Position numbers and translations under genes: made by a program | Origin: Guillardia theta CCMP2712 | Lineage: Eukaryota > Protista > Cryptophyta | Direction of reading: 5' to 3' | DNA length: 64,000 nt | Assembly: GCF_000315625.1 (NCBI RefSeq) | Contig: NW_005434663.1 | Location: 959,882-1,023,881, forward strand | In this document: one piece after another, positions 13,825-24,600 of the stretch | Layout of the letters: each line of letters starts with the position of its first letter | Position numbering within the stretch: position 1 is the first letter of the stretch | Notes under the pieces: model-generated | Databases searched by the model: none | What the model was told of the DNA's origin: nothing | Seen by the model: only the letters and a program-made list of their open reading frames with translations

Positions 13825-14727
13825 ATGTTGGTCAACAAGAGATGAGATGACGTTCTCATGGTCTGTTTGCAAAGGTTGATCTTAACTTCCTGGTGTGCTC
13901 CTTTCTTTGTTGAGATGTCCGAGGGGAGGAAGCGTGTGGTGAAGGTTAGAGCCCAGATCTCAGATGCAAAATGATGTTGGGCAAATGCTGTTTTTCGACA
14001 ATGTGAGAAGCAGTTGTGAACGAAGGGACTGTCAGAGTTGGAACAAGATGAATTCAATTTCATCAAGTCGACATGTGAGATGAAAGTGAAGGTCGATTAC
14101 AAGGCCTTCACAGAAACACAAAACACCTAAGTGCATGAGTAAGCAAATGAATCGAAGATGCAAAGACAAGTGGAAATAGAAACAAGAAAGGGATTCTAAC
14201 ATCACCAGAACAATGACTCGTAAAGAATCAGCAATCATCCTATGTGGAACATTCTTAGAAATGGAGGAATCAAACAAAGCTCTCTGATTACCCATATTCC
14301 CTGAAACGAAATCGAGAAGGCCTTGCATTTCAGGAATATTTGCCTCACTGTCGATCTAATAACAGTGAAAGTAACACCGGAATCGACCTCATAAGGACGG
14401 TTACCGTAATCATTCCCTCTCAGGCTTGCACTGTCCAAAAATGTTGATCTTCGAGTTGGTTTCGGAATCTATTCCATCATGGTTTGAACTTACGGGATAA
14501 CCTTCATAATCGTGATCATCATCGGCATCCGATAATCATTACTGACACGTGTAATCATTCAATTCATGTCACTATCGAAATCGAAATGCAGTCATCTCCT
14601 GAGTAGATTGTCGAGGCCGGGCGGCTGTTGAGGCGAACCCGTGGCGCTACCAGTAAAGCCTGTCCCACCCTTTTCCGGTATTTGGCAGGGGTAGGGGTCC
14701 TCGTGCTTCCGGAAATAGAGCTGCGCC

Positions 14728-15254
14728 ATGTTCGCCCTTCTCCTCCGCTATGCAGGTCAGCGGTAGATGTCTTGAGTGTTTCAGCCTCGTGCTGACGATG
14801 GCAACACGTGTTTAATTGCAATCGCACAACCTATCGCGTCTCCCTGCGTTAGTTCTTTCTATTGTCACTGATCAAGTCGGAATGCACTACCTTGTTCGGA
14901 TGCTTGTTTGCTAAGACGTTGAAAGATGAAAGTTTTAGCTCGGTATTTGTCACTGACTGTGATCAATGCATATGAAAGCGTATGAAAATGTTAACTCTAT
15001 GGGCATCCGGCCACCTTGCCGATAGAGCCCTCGTTGACAAATCGCTTCAGGTCCTGCCACCATCAGCCAATTAGATGAGTACAGCGTCAGCCAAGCTCAG
15101 GGCCAGAGCGACGTGCGATCATACGACCAGGTCTGCTTCAGCTGAAAACGTGCTCACAGTCTGAAGGTGTTTGCAGGGCTATCAGTCTGGATTCATGGAG
15201 GGAGTCACCTCCACCGGCTTCGGTGCTTGCCCTCCCGGAGAAGGCTGTAAGTAA
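14728..15254 (+). CDS. Possible small multi-exon protein
   Basis: ATG after a G-rich upstream box, GT-AG introns, last exon GYQSGFMEGVTSTGFGACPPGEGCK*; exon structure unresolved. Confidence 0.3.
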
Positions 15255-15317
15255 GCAGCGAGCGATGAAGAGACATTCGAGAGTTGGAGACTCAAGCAGA
15301 ACATTAGCTGCAAGTTA

Positions 15318-18300
15318 TTACATGGCCTTTACTTTGTAATCGGACCCCTTCTGCTGCGCTAAAGCATTCAAGGAGCGTATGTTCCTCCAGTACGATGAAG
15401 TTGCAGGAAGACGAGTGGAAGTCGCCATGGGCAGGTGAATGCATCTTGCTTCGAAGAACCAAGAGGACACGCGAAAACCGACCAAACTACTACCCAGCTG
15501 TCTCTTTGCAACTTGGATCAGTCCATCTGCACTCTTGAGAGCTTTCTCCACTTGCATCCTCCGTAAGTTGAAGAAAGTTCCCATGAGCGCCGGGGGAACA
15601 TGAAGAAATGCCTGATCCGACGCATCGCCCCTGCCGATGACGTTGAGAAGTAGAGTTTGCTCCTTCCTCAGTCTCGAGGACACCAACGACCTCCTCTCCT
15701 CCACGCAGTGAAACAAGAGCGTGCTCGCATTCGCTGTCCACCTCGTCACTTTCCACCTACGCACTTCGGCTCTCCTCAAGGTCGTTGTGTGTCGAACACC
15801 TGAGAAGAAATACTTCTTCCAGAGCAGGAGATTGAAGTAAGCGTTCTTGTAGATGAAGCAATCCACAGACTCCTTGTTTGCTCTTTGCCTCCAAATCACT
15901 CGCTTCTTCATGAAGTCGAAACACCTTGCCTTCGTCCGCATCTCACGCTTGACGCGACAGAGGGCGAGAGCTTTGTTTCGGGCGTATCTTTCTTGATGTG
16001 TTTCGATCCAACTAAGCAGCACAAACTTCTTGCTTCTGAAGAACTCAGCTGTTGTTGGTATCGCCAACTCCTTGTTTCCGTCGTTCCAATTGTTCATGGC
16101 GTTGCTCAACCGGAAAGCCAGGACTTGTCGCCTAAGAACTTTGTTCTTTAGACCAAAGGTCGTGTAATTGAATTGAATTTCAAGCGCTTGGAGCCAGCAA
16201 ACAAAGCTGAAGCAAATCAGAGGTGTATGAGCAATCAAAAGAGATGTAACCTGCGATGCTTCAGTTTCAGAGGTCTGTACTTGTGTATGGATTTTTCTAG
16301 GCTCATGAATTCGCTGCATCGGAGAACCAACCTTCGAAGATACGCTCGGTTCATAATCTGCCAGAGCGTCACACTGGAGGCTCTTTCAAGCACTATGTTT
16401 CCTTTCTCAGTCGGATCCGAAAGACAGGCTTCCGCATGAGGGCCCAGCACCTCAAGAACACCTAACAGGTATCTCCGTCACGCTGACGCACCTCACTTGC
16501 TGCTCACCGTTCTGCTCCGATCCTTGTTAACGGATTCGTACACCGACGTGATCCGACTGACAGCCAGAGCAAAGAGAGTCCTGATGGATTTGATCGTCTT
16601 GCTCCACTTGTCATTTTCTTTCTCCATGATTTCACTCAAGATCTTTCTCTGCTCTTCGATGCGATCAATCGACTCTACGAACCGTGTCAGATCCTTGGAC
16701 GAGAGCATATCCGCATGAATCACCATTTTCTCTCGCTCGATGATAACTATCCATCTCTGAAATACTTGTTTCGTGTTGAGTTTTCAACTTCATAATCCAT
16801 GTGATCTGTGAAATACCCGTGAGAAGCAGAAACGACGAAGCAAAGGAAAACCTCCTGGCCGATTGCTTCTCTCTTTGCCTGATGAATCATCTTTCTTTTT
16901 TCGTTCTTCAACTGAGGCGGCCAAGATATCAGACAATGACATTGACAGAAACAAGGCAGGATCAAGTTACATAGTAGATCATATCTTCGCTCAAATCTTC
17001 ATCCAGCGAATCTTTTCTTTTCAAGGTTTTCTTTTTCCAAAGAAAAATCATTTCTTCTCGCTATAAATGCAACATACTTACTTCTTGATTCTCAGCCGAT
17101 TGTTCCAAGCTCTGGATTTCGAGCAAAGCCTCGAAACACTTACGCATGAACCTCTGGAAGTAGTGATGGAAAGCATAAGCTTTCTTGCGGTACTCCTCAT
17201 GGTACTCCATCCATCTTTCAAACATGACAGGGAGGAGCCTCATGTAAAGAAGTCGAACAACTTTACGAGTGTACAAGTCTTTTCGCTTGAAAGACTCGTA
17301 GATCTCGGTGCAATCGAACAGATATCCTAATCCCATGAATCGATGGGCTGGCATCTTGAACTCATAGACAGTTTCATCATCCAACTTGAACAGAAGATAA
17401 CTGCAGCCAAGAGCCTTACAAGGAGCGTAATAATTTCGTTCAACAGCACCTTCGCTTCCTCAGCTTCTTCGAGCACTTCCCCCAGAAATAAAGGGTACGA
17501 AATCTAACATGTGATCAGACCTTGACACCCGATATGTCTTTGATAGAACACTTACGCATGGTGCTTGATCGTATCAAGAGCCCGGTGGTACACCTCTCGG
17601 AAAAATGTCTTGTTGTTTTGCTGTCACAGAGTCAGGTTGCAAGCCGACAATCTGAGACAACAAACATAGGCTTTCCAAATCCTAAGATAAGACTTCATGC
17701 AATTTGTTCTAGAGAAATACTGGCAGTAACAAAGAAAATTCCAGAGATGAAACGATCGAATCCAGACAAAGTGACTGTAAACATTCTGAAGGTCCTGCGC
17801 CTTCTCTTGAGATATGTTCCTTTCGCTCAGCTTCAACCACAAGTCATTCCGAGCAACATTGCATGAGCTGCTACCTTAATTCTCCACGCGATGATCCAGA
17901 AAGACATCAAGCTCCTCGCTCCCTTCACTTGACGGTCTCTCTGCAGCACCACGCGCTTCCAAAGCCCGAGCAGCACCTTTCTCCTCTGATCGCGTCGCAG
18001 ACTTCGATTTCGAATGAAGTTCCTGAACTTCTTCATCTGCCTTTGCCTGTGTCAGTGATGTTACAAACATCTTGTCTGCATACTTGCGGCAAATCCATCG
18101 GTTTTGAATTCTCCTGGCTGCCTTGTGCTTTTCTAACGTGTTGAGTTGCTCTTCTTTCCATATCGTCTTCTTGACATCCGGCAGCAGCCCCGAGAGAGGA
18201 GCCCCGTGAGTTTCCCGATACACCTGAGGTCATCAAGCTGAGAAACTCCTCACGGTCCAGCTGGGGTCTTACCAGCCTGTAGACTTCTTCTTCTTTTGGG

Positions 18301-18807
18301 CTACTCGCGTCCATCCCCAGACGCATCATGATCCTCCTCATGCCCTGCTGGCTCTTCCTCCTTGGTCGACTTCGCTGGCGTCAGCCCGCAAACTCCGGGG
18401 TCTCAGCTCAAGTTCACCTCTCCCTTCTCGGCTCGTCGCTGCTCAGCTCTGGCGAGGGCTTCATCGACCGCAGCCTTCCCCATGGCACAGCACGAGGAGA
18501 AGAGCCCGAGGAGTTTGAGGGCCTGCGGAGGGTCAGAGGGGGCAGAAGAAGGGCAACTCTCACCTTCTCGCGGCATTCAGCTCTTCCAGGAACTCAGATC
18601 TTGGTTTGGATAACATGTTTGAGATAGTAGATTTGCTGCTGCTTTCAAGCATCTCTTGTAGCTGACAAGGCAAGGTTGCTGGTGTTTTACAAGTGAAAGT
18701 GACAATACCTGAGAGTACTTGCTTGACGGTACCCTTGAAGTTGAGAAGCTTGGAGAGGTGATTTCTGGTAGAAACCCATGTCTGTCCATGCGTTCTTGCT
18801 CCATCAT
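15318..18807 (-). CDS. Large hypothetical protein with EF-hand-like segment, IQ motif and Sfi1-like basic/Trp repeats
   Basis: Chain of minus-strand exons: LDREEFLSLMT, AARRIQNRWICRKY (IQ-like), repeated 'F..W' basic helices, coiled coil. Confidence 0.6.
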
Positions 18808-19144
18808 GCCGTCAAGCTCTCATCGATTATCGTTGTCGCGAAGCTCCGGGGAGTCTAATCCCCCCATGCATGTAGCCGAAATCATCTGATCAGCTTGAAT
18901 CGCTTTTGCTACATAGGTGAGATCATCTTCGTTGTTTCCTGCCTTCCCGCCCTCCTCCTCTCCCCGTCCCTCTCTCTCTCTTCCCTCCCTCGCCCTTCCC
19001 GCCTGCATGTCAGGGCATGTTTCCAACGGTTTGGGGTGAGGGGGTGAGGGGGGCTCGGTACTGTGAACAGGACCTACCGATCCGAGTCGGAGGGGCGTGT
19101 GGTGGAGCTTTTCTAGCGTTTCAAGAGTAATCATTTGAATTATC

Positions 19145-20992
19145 TTAGACGGGTTGAGGAGTAGAGATCGCGATGGGAACAGAACCATACTGGTTCGAAG
19201 AATACAGCATTTCAGTGTAGGTCGATGTTGCCTTTCCTCGCCGCCGCCTAGACAAGTAAGCGAGGCCGATCATGATGTTCGCGATCAGAGCAAGAATCAA
19301 CAGCCCTCCAGCGAAGCTCATTCCGCTCACTGTGGAGAACTTGCTCTGTCCCGACAAGGAAGATCCAGCAACAGCAAGTGAGACAGCTTGACCCTCCTGA
19401 CCCAGCTCGACGTCTCGGACAGCCTTGCCATGGATCTGATCCCACTGCATCAACGTGTTCATGGAGTCGACCCGAATCTTGAAAGATGAGCTGCTGGCAA
19501 GCTGCTGTTGGATCTCAGACGGCAACTTCGCCTTGACGGTGAAGACTCCAAAGACGGCGGATCCTGTGTCAAAGATGACAGTGAAGGGCTGCTTCGGCGT
19601 TCCAATCGCCAAGTCCATAAAGTACTGAGTTCCTTTCTTGTTGAAGATTGGCACCTGATCGACTTCATCCAGCTTCTTGCTGTGCTCGGCTGAAAACATG
19701 GTCTCTTCACCCTTCAGTAGCTGCAGCTTGGCACGGGGCGCTTGATCGAGTTTGTAATACCCCAACTCATTCTGACCGACGGGGCTGTACGCCTTGTTCA
19801 GCTTTGCGATTCCGATGATGGGTCTTGCTTCGTCCTGCATATCGAACTCCACCATGTACTCGCGGAAGAAGACATCTCCGATCAGCAGCCCTTGCATGCC
19901 ATCAGGGGACGGCTGGACGCAAGTCTGATTCGTCTCAGCAAGGAACCAAGAGTGGTAGGGAATCTCAAAGGTGTGACCTCCGATGGTGATCCAAAACGAC
20001 GTGCCTTCATCCCATAGCTCCGTGAAGTCATCGAAGGGACTGTTCTGCAGCTTGCCATTCATTTTGTCACCTGGCATCACAAGACATGAAGTTCCCGAGT
20101 CCATGATGGCTGGCAGGTACTCCTCGCCTGTTGGGTCCTTGAACTTGAGGAGTTCGACATGATCGCTCTGGGACGGGTGTCCGTACTTGAGGGAGGTCAC
20201 TCCCACTATGAAATCTGTCGAGGACAGAGAAGGTGTGTACAGCATCACGTCCGTGCAGGTAGACGGGTCGTAACCTCCCAGCTGCAACTCAGCCGCGCTG
20301 TCTGTGGAGAAGAACGAGAACTTGCGTGTTAGGGCCTGAGCGTTCGAGTCCTGGACGCCCTTGTCTGTGAGAGCCCAGAGGATGGGACGAGGAAGCTGTC
20401 GTCCCTCGAAGCCTGGCTTCGGTAGGCCAAATCCAAGAATTCCATCCACACCGTTGAAATCAGGACTGTTGCAGTCCGTGATGACGCCAAAAGGAGCGAG
20501 TCCATGGAAATTGCCCAACTAGAACAAAGATAAAGTCAAGATGCAAGGCACATGATGAATATTTTCAATCAGACTGACTCAGGCATCTCGACAGGTCTCC
20601 TCTTGAAAATACAACTTTGTCCCATCTTACTACACGTTTGCTCAAACCTCCCCACGCAAGATCTGCACTGTTCATCTATCTCTATCTCTCCTTTCTCTGT
20701 TTTGCTCTCTTCTCTCGGATGTTCTCCTCTTATGCTGTACCTGGACAATGTCGTGAGCATTGAAGCCCTTCAACTCCGTCCCATCGGCATAGGCTAGATC
20801 AAACTGCCGAGACGTATCGGGCTTGAACGTCGAGCTGGCAGAAACCTCGAAGTGTCTTGAGTCCTCGGGCCTATAGGCCTCATCAAAGAGCTGCTGCTTC
20901 ACAGCTCCCTTTCCCGTTATCTTCCCCTGCACCATCACCACCATGGCGCACACCATCCCAACCGCTGCGCACCGCCATCGGATCGCAACCAT
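19145..20992 (-). CDS. Membrane-anchored pepsin-family (A1) aspartic protease, circularly permuted; 2 exons, 541 aa
   Basis: Exon 1 20741-20992 (84 codons, signal peptide), GT-AG intron 20519-20740, exon 2 19145-20518. Motifs SSTF, YADG, DGILGFG, AIMDSGTS, LIGDVFFREY, IGIA, then QYFMDLAIGTPKQPFTVIFDTGS and a TM helix. Confidence 0.93.
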
Positions 20993-21186
20993 GCCCTCCC
21001 TCCTTCCCTTTCCGGAAATAGCCCTAGACTCTATATCCATCCAAATGAAATGTGATCTCTAAATTTGGGGGAAATTTTGAAATATATCCCGAAATTGTGA
21101 AATTGCTTCACTTCAAGTTCGAAATGGCGTGTCTTAAAATTCGTGAATATGATGCAGAGAAGGAAAGGGACCATCGCTTCGTGAGC

Positions 21187-21459
21187 AGAGACATGTAGAG
21201 ACAAGAGAGACATGTAGAGATAACAAAGACATGTAGAGATAACAAAGACATGTAGAGACATGTAGAGACAAGAGAGACATGTAGAGATAACAAAGACATG
21301 TAGAGATAACAAAGACATGTAGAGACATGTAGAGACAAGAGAGACATGTAGAGATAACAAAGACATGTAGAGACATGTAGAGATAACAGAGACATGTAGA
21401 GATAACAGAGACATGTAGAGACAAGAGAGACATGTAGAGACAAGAGAGACATGTAGAGA
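21187..21459. repeat. AGACATGTAG-based compound minisatellite (10- and 19-bp units)
   Basis: AGACATGTAG alternating with AGATAACAA / AGACAAGAG. Confidence 0.95.
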
Positions 21460-21690
21460 GCAGAAAAAGGGGAGTGGAAGGGATCAAAGGTGGGGATCCC
21501 TACGATGTTAAGGTCAGTCAAGGTCAGAAAGGCTAGCAACTTTCAGCAGACAAGCCAATCATTTCATTCCAGCAAGCGTGCAAGCAAGCATCTTGCAAGT
21601 CAATCAGATACTTGTCAAGAAGGTTCAAATATTTGACTAAGGATATACGCGCTCATTTCAATCCCCAACCCTCCAGGCACTTGCGGGACG

Positions 21691-24600
21691 CTAGGATGAT
21701 ACAAGATGATAGATCCTTGCTTTCAGCGATCCGAGAGAACATTTGGTGCTACTCTGCTCAATCATCTGCTTGCCTTGAACCTCATATGTAGCCCTGCTGG
21801 TGGTGGTAGGAGGCAGGGATTTCAACAAAACAATCTTTGATGGAGGTTGAGTGAAGCAGGGCACAAGGTCATAGATGAGATTCATATCAAAGAAAATGTA
21901 CATGCACGCTTGCTATATCTTGTCTCTGCTGCCTCACAGCACGATGGAACGCACCTCCCTCCTCACAGAGCCGCTCGTGAGGCCCTCATCCTCCCCACTG
22001 TCATCCCCCGTCTGATGCGGCTGCGAAGGAACGTCCTCCTTCTCGTAGGCGAAGGCAGAGACGAACCTGACTGCTGACGGCTCTACTGCTCTCCGTGGGA
22101 ACCGGAAGGAGCAGAGATCGTTCCACTCAAGCTCCAACGACAGCATCTCTTCCGAGGGCGAGCAGGCGCCAAACCGCTGCAGGTCCTCGTCCTCGTCCGA
22201 CGAAATGACGCCATCAACTCCTTCCCCAGGAGGCTCCGGCTGTTGTACCTCATTCTCTTCACCTGCTTCATTGGCTGCTGTCCTTGCAAAGAGGCCCTGA
22301 GAGCCTCCTGTGTCGAACCCGCGCCCTTCGAGCTCCCTGTCGTCCAAGACCAGAGAAGCCGATGCCAAGTGTCCGTCTGCGATCACAGGTTCTGTGCTCT
22401 GTGGGGCCTCCAAGGTCCCCGCCTTCTTGTGTCGGGTGTAATGGTAGGCCGCTGCTGACGCGCTTATGGTGATAAAGACGCCAAATCCTCCGCCGACCAG
22501 GCCGAGGATGAGGCCGAGGTTGCTCCTCTGATCAGACGGGAGCGAGGCAGGCGAAGAAGTTACGCTGATGGCGACAGTCGGCTCGGAGGAAGAGGAGGAT
22601 GCAGGAGAAGGAGGAGGAGGAGGAGGAGGAGGAGGATCTGCTGCCATGGTCATGTAACCTGAGAAGTGATTGACTAGAGCTCGCGTCAGGTTCTTTCCTG
22701 GAACCAACTCGCTGTCCTGCCGCTGCCAAGGCGGAAACGCCGACGTGTTCTTGTAGTAGACGTAGGGCAGCTTCCCAGCAGGAATCTTGCTGGGGTCGAA
22801 GGGGGTGAAGATCTCGACCGGCGAGTCGAAGAAGATCCCCGAAGGCTCGAAGACGACAACAGGCCCAGCAGGAGCAACCTCCTGAGCCTGAGGGCCCAGG
22901 CTGAGGGATGAGACCTCGAAGACCGTCACTGACACGACGACCCCAGGCGTCTTGATCGCCCCAGGAGGCAGGGAAACGCCGACTCCAGCAGCGGAGGTGA
23001 TATCAGTGCGGACTGTGGTGCTCACTTGCTTGGGAGGAGGACTCAGCACTTCGTTCACTGTCGCCACCTGCTCGCACTGGAAGCCGAACCGTCCTACGGG
23101 GCAGACGCACTTGTCACCTACGATGATGCCCTCGCAGGTGTACGCGCAGTCAGGCCCAAACGTGGTCCCCTCGCACGCTTGCGGCGGCAAATCCTTGAAG
23201 GTGAGAGAAGCCGTGGACGAGAAGGAGGGGACCGGCCAGTCTGGCAAGTCAGCCACACAGAGGGAGCAGGAGACGGTAGTCTGAAACTGACCCAGCGATG
23301 AGTCCGGGCTCATGCTCGAGATCGAGAAGAGCAGAAACTGCAAGTCTGGGCTGGTCACGTTCAGCACGAGTGTCCTCGACGACGCGATCCATGTCGCCTC
23401 AGAGGCAACGCCGGGCCCTTGAACACTCACTCGACTAGCGTTAGTGCTGAGCTGAAGGCCCTGGAGGGAGACCAGGGCCGAGGGCTTGAGGTAGAAGTTA
23501 GTCAGGATGGAGATCCTGTACTGGCAGTAGGATTTCGTGAAGCTCGTGTTGGCTGAGACTCCAACGACGGTGAAAGCCGGAAAGGCGATCAGACTGCAGT
23601 TAGACCTGCCGGTAGACGGGCTGGGAGAGCAGGTCCACAGCCTCTCAACAGTACAGGAGGAGCTGCAGCCATCCAAGGGAAAGGTGTTGCCGTCGTCACA
23701 GCCCTCGTCCCACCCGATCACTCCGTCCCCACAAACAGAAGCAGGCGTTACATGTGGAGATTCAAAAGGCGTTGATTGAACAAAATTCGAAACCTCTTCT
23801 GCCCCAAGAGAAAAAGTCGTGCCGGGCTGCGGGGCTTCTGCCGAGCTCGTCGCTTGCTCTGAGTACGCCGACGTCGTGCCGGGCTGCGGGGCTTCTGCCG
23901 AGCTCGTCGCTTGCTCTGAGTACGCCGACGTCGTGCCGGGCTGTGGGGCTTCTGCCGAGCTCGTCGCTTGCTCTGAGTACGCCGACGTCGTGCCGGGCTG
24001 CGGGGCTTCTGCCGAGCTCGTCGCTTGCTCTGAGTACGCCGACGTCGTGCCGGGCTGCGGGGCTTCTGCCGAGCTCGTCGCTTGCTCTGAGTACGCCGAC
24101 GTCGTGCCGGGCTGCGGGGCTCCTGCCGAGCTCGTCGCTTGCTCTGAGTACGCCGACGTCGTGCCGGGCTGCGGGGCTCCTGCCGAGCTCGTCGCTTGCT
24201 CTGAGTACGCCGACGTCGTGCCGGGCTGCGGGGCTTCTGCCGAGCTCGTCGCTTGCTCTGAGTACGCCGACGTCGTGCCGGGCTGCGGGGCTTCTGCCGA
24301 GCTCGTCGCTTGCTCTGAGTACGCCGACGTCGTGCCGGGCTGCGGGGCTTCTGCCGAGCTCGTCGCTTGCTCTGAGTACGCCGACGTCGTGCCGGGCTGC
24401 GGGGCTCCTGCCGAGCTCGTCGCTTGCTCTGAGTACGCCGACGTCGTGCCGGGCTGCGGGGCTCCTGCCGAGCTCGTCGCTTGCTCTGAGTACGCCGACG
24501 TCGTGCCGGGCTGCGGGGCTTCTGCCGAGCTCGTCGCTTGCTCTGAGTACGCCGACGTCGTGCCGGGCTGCGGGGCTTCTGCCGAGCTCGTCGCTTGCTC

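Noticed and set aside
13821-14600. Possible minus-strand multi-exon gene
   Set aside because: Splice-like signals present but no coherent or recognisable protein could be assembled
21031-21539. Cys/Leu-rich repetitive ORFs
   Set aside because: Translations of the minisatellite
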